Assembly (NCBI GenBank): GCA_903936565.1
Contig: CAIZVZ010000019.1
Span: 3,559-67,558 of the forward strand
DNA from: an uncultured bacterium
GTDB taxonomy: Bacteria; Patescibacteriota; Minisyncoccia; Phycocordibacterales; CAIZLB01
Length of the DNA stretch: 64,000 bases
Direction of reading: 5' to 3'
How positions within the stretch are numbered: position 1 is the stretch's first letter; each line of letters starts with the position of its first letter. A model generated the notes under the pieces. It was given only the letters and a program-made list of their open reading frames with translations, was not told the DNA's origin and searched no databases. Shown in pieces: positions 37,737 to 48,144 of this stretch. A program made the translations under genes and the position numbers.

Positions 37737-39533
37737 ATGATTATCGACTCTAATCAGCTTAAAAAACTCGTGATTGATTCTGGGCTTGTTCCAGCGCCAG
37801 ATCTTGATGAAATAGAACAAAAATCGATAAAGGAAAATAGATCACTGGGGGAGACTTTGGTTAATAGTGGAAAAATTTCTGCTGATGACTACAGAAGGAT
37901 GCAGGCCTACATATTGGGAATTCCTTTTATTGATATAAGTAGCCAAAAACTTGAGTTTGCAGTTCTCTCTTTAATTCCGGAGCCTATTGCTAGAAAGCAT
38001 AACATTATTTCATTCAGAAAAAGAGATGATTCTCTTGAGGTTGCGATGCTTGATACTGCTGATCTTTCTGCTATTAACTTCGTTCAGAAGAAAACTGGTC
38101 TAAAAATTCTTCCAAGACTGACAACAACAGAATCGATGAAGTCGGCGTTGATTCAATATCAAAAGAGTTTAAAGGCAGATTTCGGAGACATTATTCAACA
38201 AGAGGTTTCCACCTTGAAGGGTAGGGGTGGTGCCGGGATGGCTCATGCGGCAGGGGAGATGGTGAGTGGCGTTGGAACGGTTGATGATACAAGTGGAGAA
38301 GACCTCAGAAAGTTAGCTGAAGATTTGCCGGTGGTTCGAATTATCGATACTCTTCTTAAGCACGCGATCTTACAGGGTGCATCTGACATTCACATTGAGC
38401 AAATGGAGAATGAGGTCGTTATTCGATATAGAATTGATGGAATGTTACACGATGCCATGGTTTTGCCAAAAAACATTGGTCCAAGTGTTACTGCGAGAAT
38501 AAAGGTGTTGGCAAATCTTAAGTTGGACGAAAAAAGGCTTCCCCAAGACGGGCGTTTCAAGATTGAATCAAATGGAGAAAATGTTTCATTTCGTGTTTCC
38601 GTCTTGCCAACGTACTATGGTGAAAAGACCGTCATGAGACTCCTTAGAGAGAATATGACAGGCTTCACGCTTGAGCACTTAGGTTTTCACGGTAGAAATT
38701 TGGAATTAATTCACGAAGCAACTGGCTATTCTGAGGGTTTAATCCTTACTACTGGACCAACTGGATCTGGAAAGACCACGACCCTCTATACCCTGCTTGA
38801 TATTTTGAATCAACCAGATGTAAACATCTCAACTGTTGAAGACCCTGTTGAGTATCAAATGAATAGGGTCAATCAGACTCAGGTTAAGCCTGATATCGGT
38901 TTAACCTTCGCCTCTGGTTTGCGTTCACTTCTCAGACAAGACCCTGATATTATAATGGTGGGGGAGATTCGTGATAATGAAACGGCATCTCTTGCTATAA
39001 ACGCCTCTCTTACTGGTCACTTGGTGCTTTCCACTCTTCACACAAACTCATCTGCTGGTGCAATTCCCCGTTTGATTGATATGAAGTGTGAGCCGTTCCT
39101 CTTGGTTTCAACCATTAGAATTATTATTGCACAGAGACTTGTCCGTGAGTTAGGTTCGTCAAAGGAGAGATACATTTTAACGAAAGAGCAACTAGAGTCA
39201 CTTAGAAAATACACTGACTTGGATATGGTGTTGAAGTCTCTTAAGGATGAACATGTTGTGGCAGATGACGTAGATTGGTCAAGTATTTATTTTTACAAGC
39301 CTGTACCTGATAAAGAAAGTGAAGATGGATATAAGGGTAGAGTCGGAATTCACGAAGTTTTGAAGGTATCGTCGTCCATTAAGGAAATGATTATGAAGGG
39401 TGTTGCATCCGATCAAATTCAAGAGCAAGCCCGCAAAGAGGGGATGCTTACGATGTTTGAAGATGGAATATTTAAGGCGGTTCAGGGCCACACTTCAATT
39501 GAAGAGATTCTGAGAGTCGCGTCATCGGAATAG
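37737..39533 (+). CDS. pilB: Type IV pilus assembly ATPase (PilB/GspE)
   Basis: ASDIHIE, RLPQDGR, GPTGSGKTTT, EDPVEY, LRQDPD, GEIRD, STLHTN. Confidence 0.93.
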   Translation: MIIDSNQLKKLVIDSGLVPAPDLDEIEQKSIKENRSLGETLVNSGKISADDYRRMQAYILGIPFIDISSQKLEFAVLSLIPEPIARKHNIISFRKRDDSLEVAMLDTADLSAINFVQKKTGLKILPRLTTTESMKSALIQYQKSLKADFGDIIQQEVSTLKGRGGAGMAHAAGEMVSGVGTVDDTSGEDLRKLAEDLPVVRIIDTLLKHAILQGASDIHIEQMENEVVIRYRIDGMLHDAMVLPKNIGPSVTARIKVLANLKLDEKRLPQDGRFKIESNGENVSFRVSVLPTYYGEKTVMRLLRENMTGFTLEHLGFHGRNLELIHEATGYSEGLILTTGPTGSGKTTTLYTLLDILNQPDVNISTVEDPVEYQMNRVNQTQVKPDIGLTFASGLRSLLRQDPDIIMVGEIRDNETASLAINASLTGHLVLSTLHTNSSAGAIPRLIDMKCEPFLLVSTIRIIIAQRLVRELGSSKERYILTKEQLESLRKYTDLDMVLKSLKDEHVVADDVDWSSIYFYKPVPDKESEDGYKGRVGIHEVLKVSSSIKEMIMKGVASDQIQEQARKEGMLTMFEDGIFKAVQGHTSIEEILRVASSE

Positions 39534-39594
39534 TGAAGTAAGGGTGTCGGTGTGGTGAGGAGATTGAAAAATAGGTAGGGATCAAAATAAAAAC

Positions 39595-40803
39595 ATGAAA
39601 TATTATTTTACAGCAATAAACAAAGATGGAAAAAAGTATAGTGGAGATATTGAAGCTGAAAGCAAGTCTTCATTTTTTAACGAATTTAAAAAGACTGGAG
39701 ATACTCTAGTTTCTGTAAAAGAAAAGAATAAGAGTACTTTTGCAAAAGGAAATATCGTCCTGTTCTCTAAGGTTAAGACTATCGATAAGATAATATTCGC
39801 CAGAAACATGGCTAATATGATTGAGGCTGGATTGCCGCTGTCTCGCGCTCTTGGTGTATCTGAAAGGCAATCTACCAAGCCAAAACTAAAAGAGATTTTT
39901 AAAAAAATAAATGTTTCCATTTCAAGTGGTAAGACGTTTTATGAATCTTTAGCAGAATACCCTAAGATTTTTCCAACGGTATTTATATCTATGGTTAAAT
40001 CAGGTGAGGAGTCTGGTAATCTCGCTCAGTCTCTGAAGGACATCTCAATTCAGATGGAGAAAACATATCTTTTACAAAAAAAGATTAAGGGAGCGATGAT
40101 GTACCCAACAATTATCTTTATGGTGATGATAATTGTGGCGTTCTTGATGATGATTTATGTTGTTCCGAGATTAACTAAGACATTTAAGGATTTAAAAACA
40201 GCCCTACCGTCCAGTACTAAGATAATTATCTTTATCTCTGATTTTCTTGCCCAAAACGCCTTGTTATCTTTGGGTGGATTAATCTTGGTTATTTTTGGTT
40301 TCTTCTATTTCATTAAAACATCTATAGGGAAAAGTATAATGGATTCAGTTGTATTAAAACTCCCAGTAATATCAGGGATTGTCATTGAGAGTAATTCAGC
40401 AAAAACAGCCAGAACAATGTCCTCACTTTTATCTGCCGGAGTTGATATTGTAACTGCGGTAAAGATTACAGGAGAGGTCTTGCAAAATGGATATTACAAG
40501 CGCGCCCTAAAAAGATTGGAGGCTGTGGTTGAGAAGGGAGATTCAATGTCCTCGGTTTTTGAAAAGGAGACTAAGATTTATCCTGCTTTTGTTACAGAAA
40601 TGATTAGTGTTGGTGAGGAGACAGGAAAGCTTTCTAGTATGTTGTTGGGGGTTGCGACTTTTTATGAAAATGAGGTGGATCAAAAAACAAAGGATCTTTC
40701 AACAATAATCGAGCCAGTATTGATGGTGTTTATTGGAGCAGCTGTTGGATTCTTCGCTATTTCAATGATTAGTCCTATGTATTCGGTGATGAATAATATC
40801 TAA
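39595..40803 (+). CDS. pilC: Type IV pilus platform protein (PilC/GspF)
   Basis: GEESGNL, AMMYP, VGEETGKL, IEP motifs. Confidence 0.92.
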   Translation: MKYYFTAINKDGKKYSGDIEAESKSSFFNEFKKTGDTLVSVKEKNKSTFAKGNIVLFSKVKTIDKIIFARNMANMIEAGLPLSRALGVSERQSTKPKLKEIFKKINVSISSGKTFYESLAEYPKIFPTVFISMVKSGEESGNLAQSLKDISIQMEKTYLLQKKIKGAMMYPTIIFMVMIIVAFLMMIYVVPRLTKTFKDLKTALPSSTKIIIFISDFLAQNALLSLGGLILVIFGFFYFIKTSIGKSIMDSVVLKLPVISGIVIESNSAKTARTMSSLLSAGVDIVTAVKITGEVLQNGYYKRALKRLEAVVEKGDSMSSVFEKETKIYPAFVTEMISVGEETGKLSSMLLGVATFYENEVDQKTKDLSTIIEPVLMVFIGAAVGFFAISMISPMYSVMNNI

Positions 40804-40806
40804 AAT

Positions 40807-41262
40807 ATGAATAAATTAAAAAATAGAGGATTTACTTTGGTAGAAATATTGATAGTTTTATCAATAATGGTGGTGCTGTCGGTCGTTTCCATTAGTACAT
40901 ATTTAAGTTTAAGAGATAAGCAGTCTGTTCAAAAAGATGCTGATTCTATTGTTTCTGTATTACAGAAGGCGCAGGGTATGTCATCAAATAGAAAAAACGA
41001 CTCTTCTTATGGTGTTAAAATTGCTTCTTCAACCATAACCACTTTCTCTGGTTCAAGTTATGCAACAGGCAACGTGTTATCAAAGTATACCTTGGAAAAA
41101 AATGTGAAAATCAGTTCAGTTGACCTGTCTTCTCATGAAACAGAAATTGTCTTCATGAAGATAACTGGAAACCCATTAGCTACGGGAACAATCACCTTGG
41201 GTACATCTGTATACAAAAAAATTGTAACAATTTACGGAACTGGTATAATTGAGTTGAAGTGA
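40807..41262 (+). CDS. Type IV (pseudo)pilin
   Basis: RG/FTLVEILIV prepilin cleavage motif. Confidence 0.88.
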   Translation: MNKLKNRGFTLVEILIVLSIMVVLSVVSISTYLSLRDKQSVQKDADSIVSVLQKAQGMSSNRKNDSSYGVKIASSTITTFSGSSYATGNVLSKYTLEKNVKISSVDLSSHETEIVFMKITGNPLATGTITLGTSVYKKIVTIYGTGIIELK

Positions 41263-41762
41263 TAAATAAAAATTCTAATAATATTTTAAAAAGAGGTTTC
41301 AGCTTGGTCGAGATTTTAATCGGCGCAAGCATAATCAGTCTGTCTTTAATTTTTATTATCAATCTTGAGACGGGGATTAGTAAAATAGGGTTTAATTCTG
41401 TACATAGCGTGCAGGCAGGTATGTTGGTCGAAGAGGGGGCTGCTGCAATTATAAACTTAAGAAATGTGTCTTGGCAAAATATTGTGGCATTAAATAATAA
41501 TGTTCCATATAGATTATTTTGGGATCAAGGTGACGGGCTTTGGAAAACAACTACGTATGCTAATTTAATTGACGGCAGGTTTGATAGAACAGTTACTTTT
41601 TATCCAGTCTACAGAGATGCTAGTACTTTTAATGTTGTTCCAAGTGGGGGTGTCCTTGATTTAGGGACAAGAAAGTTTGTTGTTAATGTTACCTGGAACG
41701 ATAGCAGTGGAACCTCTACGAGGACCGCAACATCTTTTGTCCATAATATATTTAATAAATAG
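41259..41762 (+). CDS. Type IV minor pilin (PilV-like position)
   Basis: RG/FSLVEILIG; GTG start overlaps the upstream stop. Confidence 0.85.
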   Translation: MINKNSNNILKRGFSLVEILIGASIISLSLIFIINLETGISKIGFNSVHSVQAGMLVEEGAAAIINLRNVSWQNIVALNNNVPYRLFWDQGDGLWKTTTYANLIDGRFDRTVTFYPVYRDASTFNVVPSGGVLDLGTRKFVVNVTWNDSSGTSTRTATSFVHNIFNK

Positions 41763-41763
41763 C

Positions 41764-42285
41764 ATGTTTCTACGCACAAAAAAACAAAAAACGAAAGAAG
41801 GGTTTTCTCTGGTAGAAACAGTTATTTATATAGGTTTGATGTCTGTAATTTTGTTCTGTTTGATTAGTTTAATTTCTTCTGCCACAAGAACGTATTTATT
41901 TTTGAAGAGCTCTAGAAACATTGAAAGGAGCGCCATTAATGTGTTTGATAGTTTGAATGACAAAACCAACGTGTCTTCGAAAATTGATATTCCAAACACT
42001 GTCTTTGACAATGCAAGCGGTTCCATTTCATTAATTTTATATAACGGAAATACTTCGATTACAAATAGAATATATTTATCCAACGGACAAGTTCTTTGGA
42101 ATAAGAACGGTGTTCTTTTGGGGCCGCTTACTCTATCTGATGTTAGGGTAACCAGCTTGACCTTTAGAAACATGACCAACTCTACTTTTAACGGTTTTAA
42201 GGTTGAGATGACAATAGATAATGGCACAAGCTCAGAAAAATATATGTCAGAAGATTTTTATGATTCATTCATACTTAGAAACTAA
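41764..42285 (+). CDS. Type IV minor pilin (PilW-like position)
   Basis: EG/FSLVETVIY; start ATG 41764. Confidence 0.85.
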   Translation: MFLRTKKQKTKEGFSLVETVIYIGLMSVILFCLISLISSATRTYLFLKSSRNIERSAINVFDSLNDKTNVSSKIDIPNTVFDNASGSISLILYNGNTSITNRIYLSNGQVLWNKNGVLLGPLTLSDVRVTSLTFRNMTNSTFNGFKVEMTIDNGTSSEKYMSEDFYDSFILRN

Positions 42286-42295
42286 CTAAAACAAT

Positions 42296-43468
42296 ATGAT
42301 AATTTTCAATTCTAAATTTAAAAAAGAAAGGAGTGCTTGCGGTATGTTATATGCCAATAGGGAGTCTGGACAAGTGGTGTTGGTCGCTGTTGTTTTAACC
42401 CTCTCTATTTCTGTATTGATTTTATTTGGATTATCGCTTCCTGTTGCTGATCAGGTAAGAAGTGCAGGCGACTATCTGTCTTCAAAACAAACTTTGATAA
42501 ACTCCGAATCTTTAAATGGCGAGGTGTTATATAGATTAAATAATAACAAGACAATGCCGGAGGTTTTGAACATGTCTGTCGTTGGTGATGCTTCATATTC
42601 CATAATTGCACAGTGGGACGCAAATGATAAGTTGGTGACTTCAAACAGTGATTATCGTGGTTTTACAAGAAAAATTCAAGCGATGTTTACCTCAAATAGA
42701 ACTGTTATTTTTGATTTTGGCGTTTGGCTTTCAAATGGAGGGCTTCGAATGGAGAACAGTTCTCATATTGATGGTAATGTTTTTTCTATGGGCAATGTAT
42801 TAAGACTTGGTTCATCATCAATCGGTGGAACACTCTCGACTTCTACAACTCCAGTTAATCAACCCATGTCTGATACTGATATCGATAATTGGAAAGTTCA
42901 GGGAAGTGCTGGAAAAATAGTTAATGGAAATTTGACTATAACCAATAGTACAGCAACAACTACAGCGGGAGCTCTAAAGGTTGTTGGAAATTTAACAATT
43001 ACAAACAGTAGTATTTTGACACTTAATGGTCCTGTCTACATAACTGGCGATTTGGTTCTTGATAACTCAGCGAGAATAAAACTCAGTTCAAGCTATGCTG
43101 AAAAGTCAGAAACAATAGTTGTTAACGGCACTATTAATTTGGGAAACAGCACGTATTTGGGTGGTAGTGGTCAATCGGGAAGTACTATAATATTGGCAAC
43201 TCAAAACACTAATGGTTGTGCTAATACCAGTTGTACTGGGGGGACTCCAGCAATTAAGCTTACTAACTCCGCTGAGGCAAGCGCAATCCTTCTGGCACCT
43301 CATGGTGCTGTCTACCTATCAAACAGCGCTCAAACAAAAAGTGTTTTAGCAAACTATTTGTATATGTCAAACAGTGCACAAGTTGAATATGATCCAAATA
43401 TTGTAAATACAAGCTTCAAATCGAGTACGTCGACATCTTGGAGCATTAGTAGTCTGAAGGAAATATAG
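42296..43468 (+). CDS. PilX-like tip pilin with beta-helix-like C-terminal domain
   Basis: SG/QVVLVAVVL (no Glu5), repeated GNLTITNS / L.NSA motifs. Confidence 0.7.
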   Translation: MIIFNSKFKKERSACGMLYANRESGQVVLVAVVLTLSISVLILFGLSLPVADQVRSAGDYLSSKQTLINSESLNGEVLYRLNNNKTMPEVLNMSVVGDASYSIIAQWDANDKLVTSNSDYRGFTRKIQAMFTSNRTVIFDFGVWLSNGGLRMENSSHIDGNVFSMGNVLRLGSSSIGGTLSTSTTPVNQPMSDTDIDNWKVQGSAGKIVNGNLTITNSTATTTAGALKVVGNLTITNSSILTLNGPVYITGDLVLDNSARIKLSSSYAEKSETIVVNGTINLGNSTYLGGSGQSGSTIILATQNTNGCANTSCTGGTPAIKLTNSAEASAILLAPHGAVYLSNSAQTKSVLANYLYMSNSAQVEYDPNIVNTSFKSSTSTSWSISSLKEI

Positions 43469-43593
43469 TTCGCAGGTAAATTTTAGGAGGATTAGTCTAG
43501 GAAGGTAATGCCTGTTATTTAAGTTAAATTACAACACAAAAAAAGTTTAAAATTTGTGACTAGCCACAAATTTTTTTGATATAATTTGAATAT

Positions 43594-44412
43594 ATGAAAC
43601 CAAAAAAGATTTTAGTTATCGGCAATTGGAAGATGACACCAAATACATTAGTAGAAGCAAAAGCAAAAATGGCCGTTATTAAGAGGTTTTCAGACAAAAT
43701 GAGACTAACTGAAACTGTTATTTGTCCACCCTCAACTTTTATCGCCACACTATCTCAAGTGGCCGGTGGAGCAAAAGGAAAGGTTAAAATTGGCGCACAA
43801 GATGTTTCTAAGTTTGAATCTGGGGCTCATACTGGGGAAATCTCTTCAGTAATGTTAAAAAGCTCTGGGGTAACATATGTAATTGTTGGTCATTCAGAGA
43901 GAAGGGCTATGGGGGAAGATCCTGCACTTATCGCTCAAAAGCTTCAAAAGGTTCTAGCGGCTGGAATGACTGGAATTGTTTGTGTAGGTGAAACCGAAAG
44001 AGATAATGACGCTGAGTACCTCTCTGTAATTAAAGCTCAGTTAAAGGAAGTTCTAATTTACACATCTCGTCAGCAATTTGCTAATCTTGTGATTGCATAT
44101 GAACCACTTTGGGCAGTTAATAATTCTCGCAATGTCGCAATAACACCACATGAGATTCATCAGATTGTTATTCTGATTAGAAAGTACTTGAAAGATAATT
44201 GGGGAGAAAGTATTGCAAGTATTGTTAAAATTGTTTATGGAGGTTCTGTTACCCCTGATAATGCACAAGACTTGGTTCATAACGGTGATGTTGATGGATT
44301 GCTTATTGGGCGTGCGAGTTGGCAACCAGAAGATTTGAAGAGTGTTGTTCAGTCTCTAAATGTTGTTAAGAAAAAGCCGAGAATAAAAATAAAGAAAAAG
44401 GGCAAGAAATAA
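43594..44412 (+). CDS. tpiA: Triosephosphate isomerase
   Basis: GNWKM, GAHTGEIS, GHSERR, AYEPLWA, YGGSV. Confidence 0.96.
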   Translation: MKPKKILVIGNWKMTPNTLVEAKAKMAVIKRFSDKMRLTETVICPPSTFIATLSQVAGGAKGKVKIGAQDVSKFESGAHTGEISSVMLKSSGVTYVIVGHSERRAMGEDPALIAQKLQKVLAAGMTGIVCVGETERDNDAEYLSVIKAQLKEVLIYTSRQQFANLVIAYEPLWAVNNSRNVAITPHEIHQIVILIRKYLKDNWGESIASIVKIVYGGSVTPDNAQDLVHNGDVDGLLIGRASWQPEDLKSVVQSLNVVKKKPRIKIKKKGKK

Positions 44413-44495
44413 TCATAAATCAGATAGTTAAATTAAAAATGCATCTTGTAGGTGGAAGGAAAACAATAATTGATAAATAAAATAATCCATATAAA

Positions 44496-45677
44496 ATGTT
44501 AGAAAATAATTCAAAAATAGTTGGAATAGAGGAATTTGTTAAAGGACAGGAATTAGGAAATCTCGCATCAAAGACTTTTCTGATAAGGGCAGATTTCAAT
44601 GTTCCAATTGAAAATGGGATAGTTGTTGAAGATTTGCGTATGAGATCTGTTTTACCAACTGTGAATCTTTTGCGTGAAGTCGGTGCAAAAATAATTTTAA
44701 TTTCACACATAGAAACAAAGGATGGATCTGGAATGGAGGTTGTGGCTAAACACTTTAATGACAATCTTGGTCTGTCTGTTAAATATGTTGATGAAGTAAT
44801 TGGCGAAGCAGTCAATAGTGCTGTATCAGAGCTCGAAGATGGAGAGGTTTTACTTTTGCAAAATTTACGTGTTAATGAAGGCGAGAAAAATAACGATGAA
44901 AACTTTGCAAAGGAACTTGCGGGACTCGCAGATTTTTATGTAAATGATGCATTTGCCGTTTCTCACAGGAAACACGCGTCTGTAGTTGGAATTCCCAAAT
45001 TCCTTAAGCATTTTGCTGGAATGCAATTAATGAAAGAAATAAAATCTTTAACGGAAGCAATTAATCCACCGCATCCTTTTGTTTTCATTTTAGGTGGTGC
45101 AAAGTTTGATACAAAATTGCCTTTGATTAAAAAGTATTTAGATAAGGCTGATTCTGTGGTCTTGGGTGGAGCATTGGTTAATGATGTATTTAAGGCTCGA
45201 GGGTTTAATGTTGGTAAATCATTGGTCTCTGATGGGGCAACGGATATCAGCGACATTATATCTAATCCAAAGTTAATTATCGTCGACGATGTAATTGTCC
45301 ATGATGCTGACGATGTTGCAAAAGTCACAGTTAAGAAAATATCTGAAGTTGCTGATAATGATGTTGTTGCAGATGCGGGACCTTCTTTTGGCGATGTACT
45401 TAGGTCAATAGTCTCTGATGCTAAGTTTGTTTTATGGAATGGACCCCTTGGTAACTATGAGAGCGGTTTTACTGATCAAACAATTTTGTGCGCCAAGATT
45501 TTAATGGAGTGTGGAGTGCGGGGGGCAATAGGGGGAGGAGATACTGTAGCGGCGGTTAAGTCGTTGGGATTGGATGATTTAGATCAGAAAAGTAACTTGT
45601 TTGTTTCAACTGGAGGAGGTGCAATGATTGATTTTTTGGTGAATGAGACATTGCCGGGGATTGAGGCGTTAGAGTAG
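44496..45677 (+). CDS. pgk: Phosphoglycerate kinase
   Basis: RADFNVP, VNDAFAVSHR, GGAK, WNGPLG, GGGDT, STGGGA. Confidence 0.96.
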   Translation: MLENNSKIVGIEEFVKGQELGNLASKTFLIRADFNVPIENGIVVEDLRMRSVLPTVNLLREVGAKIILISHIETKDGSGMEVVAKHFNDNLGLSVKYVDEVIGEAVNSAVSELEDGEVLLLQNLRVNEGEKNNDENFAKELAGLADFYVNDAFAVSHRKHASVVGIPKFLKHFAGMQLMKEIKSLTEAINPPHPFVFILGGAKFDTKLPLIKKYLDKADSVVLGGALVNDVFKARGFNVGKSLVSDGATDISDIISNPKLIIVDDVIVHDADDVAKVTVKKISEVADNDVVADAGPSFGDVLRSIVSDAKFVLWNGPLGNYESGFTDQTILCAKILMECGVRGAIGGGDTVAAVKSLGLDDLDQKSNLFVSTGGGAMIDFLVNETLPGIEALE

Positions 45678-45726
45678 TTTAATGGTCACAAATTTTGACC
45701 ATAAATGCGGATACGGTAAAATTGGC

Positions 45727-45767
45727 ATATAAACTAGAGGTCACAAGTTGTGACCTCTAGTTTATAT
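45727..45767. terminator. 41-bp palindrome between convergent pgk and HIT genes
   Basis: atataaactagaggtcacaa-g-ttgtgacctctagtttatat. Confidence 0.7.
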
Positions 45768-45787
45768 TTTGACCAACTATATATTTT

Positions 45788-46255
45788 TTATAATTCCGCC
45801 TTTATTTTATCTTGATATACCTGCATGTCTCCCTCTTTGTATTCTTTGTGAGGCCACTCAACTAATCCGTCTTCGTTTAGTCTGGGAATAATGTGAATAT
45901 GAGCATGGATGTCCACCAATTGCCCTGGCACATTACTATTCATTGATATTGTAATTCCGTCAGCATCCGTTCCGTTTTTAACTGATATGGCCAATTTCTG
46001 AGCGGTGAGCATCATTCGGCAGGCTAATTCTGGAGGTAGGGTATATAGATTTTCTGTATGATCCTTTGGAATAACTAATGTGTGGCCGTAATTTATTGGT
46101 CTTATGTCCAAAATAGCCAAGGTTTCATCATCTTCATACACTTTGAACGCTGGAATATCACCAACTATAATCTTACAAAACACGCAGTCTTCATTATGAT
46201 TGTTATTTGTGTTTTGATTTGTTTGGTCGTTTGTTTTATCAGTCATATTAGTCAT
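45788..46255 (-). CDS. HIT family nucleotide hydrolase
   Basis: CVFCKI, GHTLVIPK.H, HAHIHIIPR. Confidence 0.93.
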   Translation of the reverse strand: MTNMTDKTNDQTNQNTNNNHNEDCVFCKIIVGDIPAFKVYEDDETLAILDIRPINYGHTLVIPKDHTENLYTLPPELACRMMLTAQKLAISVKNGTDADGITISMNSNVPGQLVDIHAHIHIIPRLNEDGLVEWPHKEYKEGDMQVYQDKIKAEL

Positions 46256-46269
46256 TTTATGATAGAATC

Positions 46270-48078
46270 ATGATATTGAAAAGCTCTAAATTGAAAAAAG
46301 CCAAAAAAGTGAAGAATTATAGTGTCAGAGACTGGTCAGGGGACACTATTCTTGATCATTTGTTGAATGCCAGAGGAGTTTCTGCTGATGAAAAGCAGGC
46401 CTTTCTTAATCCTGATTATGATAAGCATGTTCATGACCCATTTCTAATGGCTGGAATGGAGACTGCTGTAGAAAGGATTAATAAGGCGATAGAAAATAAT
46501 GAAAAAATCGTTATTTATGGAGATTTTGATGCCGATGGCATCCCAGCTTCAGTTGTTCTTCATGATTTCTTTAAAAAAGTCGCATATCACAATTTTGTAA
46601 ATTATATTCCCCACAGACACAAGGAGGGTTTTGGATTTCATTTGCATGTTATAGAGGGTCTGGCTGAGGAGAATAAGGGAGATGTTAACCATAAGGGCAT
46701 GTTGGTTATAACGGTTGATTGTGGAATTACAGATGTTTCGACAGTTAAAAGAGCTACAGAGCTAGGGATTGATGTAATCATCACCGATCACCACTTACCA
46801 GACAAGGAATTACCTCCAGCTGTTGCCGTTGTTGATCCAAAGCGTCTAGATTGTGCCTACCCTGACAAGATGCTTTGTGGTGCCGGAGTAGCGTACAAGC
46901 TTGTTCAGGCCTTAATTTTCCATGATAGGTCTCATGGAAATAAGTTTGATATTAAAGAAGGTTGGGAAAAGTGGTTGCTTGATATGGTTGGAATAGCAAC
47001 GCTTTCTGATATGGTGCCCCTGGTGAATGAAAACAGGGTCTTTGCAAAATTTGGACTGATGGTGCTTCGTAAAACACAAAGATTGGGTTTGGTAAAGCTT
47101 TTCAGGGCTCTAAAGGTTTCCCAGAAGGATTTGGTTGAGGAGGATATCACATTCTTAATAACCCCGAGAATTAATGCAGCATCCAGAATGGCTGATCCAA
47201 GAGATGCTTTTCTTCTACTTTCAACAACTGACTCTGCAGAAGCGGAGAGCATGGTGAAACACCTAAATTCTATTAACGATGAGAGAAAGGTGGTGGTTGC
47301 TAAGATGAGCAAGGAGATACATAAGGTTATTCGCGAATTGAAGTTGGACGACGATGAGATATTAGTAGTTGGTAATCCTGACTGGAGTCCGACATTACTA
47401 GGTCTGGTTTCCACAACCCTGGTTAAAGACTATGGTGTACCTGTATTTTTATGGGGAAGAAGTGAGGGGGTTATCAAGGGGTCCTGTAGATCGGACGGAG
47501 TGTGTAATGTTGTGGATATAATGCGTGATATTCAGGAAAAGCATCCGCAAATATTCCTTAACGCGGGCGGTCACTCTTTTGCTGGAGGATACTCTGTTAA
47601 TGAGGAATTTATACATGAATTCAGGGATAGGATTAAGGAGAGTTATGGCAATCTGTCTGGGGTAGGTATTCAGGTAGGAACCGAGACTGACGCAGGAGGG
47701 GGATTGATAGATCGACCAGAAAAAACTATTACATACCTAGCTGACGCAATTCTGCAACCCGAACAGGTTACATGGAATACTTGGAACGATATAGAAAAGT
47801 TGATGCCGTATGGTGAAGGCAACTCAAAGCCTCTATTTGTATTTAAGGATGTAAAGATAGATAGTATCAAGATGTTCGGCAAGCAAAAGGAACATTTGGA
47901 GATTAGCTTCTCTGGTCTTAAGGCGATCGCCTTCTTTGCAGATGCAGAGATGTATGAAGATATTGAAAGTGAACTGGGAAAGGGTAATGTGGTAAGGAAG
48001 ACGGTCTTGGGTAATTTGGAGAAATCGACCTTCACATATACACCAGTGTTACGAATCAGAATTGTTGATATAATCTAA
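46270..48078 (+). CDS. recJ: Single-stranded DNA exonuclease RecJ
   Basis: YGDFDADG, ITVDCG, TDHH, PRINA, GSCRS, GGH. Confidence 0.95.
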   Translation: MILKSSKLKKAKKVKNYSVRDWSGDTILDHLLNARGVSADEKQAFLNPDYDKHVHDPFLMAGMETAVERINKAIENNEKIVIYGDFDADGIPASVVLHDFFKKVAYHNFVNYIPHRHKEGFGFHLHVIEGLAEENKGDVNHKGMLVITVDCGITDVSTVKRATELGIDVIITDHHLPDKELPPAVAVVDPKRLDCAYPDKMLCGAGVAYKLVQALIFHDRSHGNKFDIKEGWEKWLLDMVGIATLSDMVPLVNENRVFAKFGLMVLRKTQRLGLVKLFRALKVSQKDLVEEDITFLITPRINAASRMADPRDAFLLLSTTDSAEAESMVKHLNSINDERKVVVAKMSKEIHKVIRELKLDDDEILVVGNPDWSPTLLGLVSTTLVKDYGVPVFLWGRSEGVIKGSCRSDGVCNVVDIMRDIQEKHPQIFLNAGGHSFAGGYSVNEEFIHEFRDRIKESYGNLSGVGIQVGTETDAGGGLIDRPEKTITYLADAILQPEQVTWNTWNDIEKLMPYGEGNSKPLFVFKDVKIDSIKMFGKQKEHLEISFSGLKAIAFFADAEMYEDIESELGKGNVVRKTVLGNLEKSTFTYTPVLRIRIVDII

Positions 48079-48144
48079 TGAATAGATTCAGGACTGACAA
48101 TACAATTGAAAAAACAAAGAACAAAATCAAAACAAAATAAAAAT

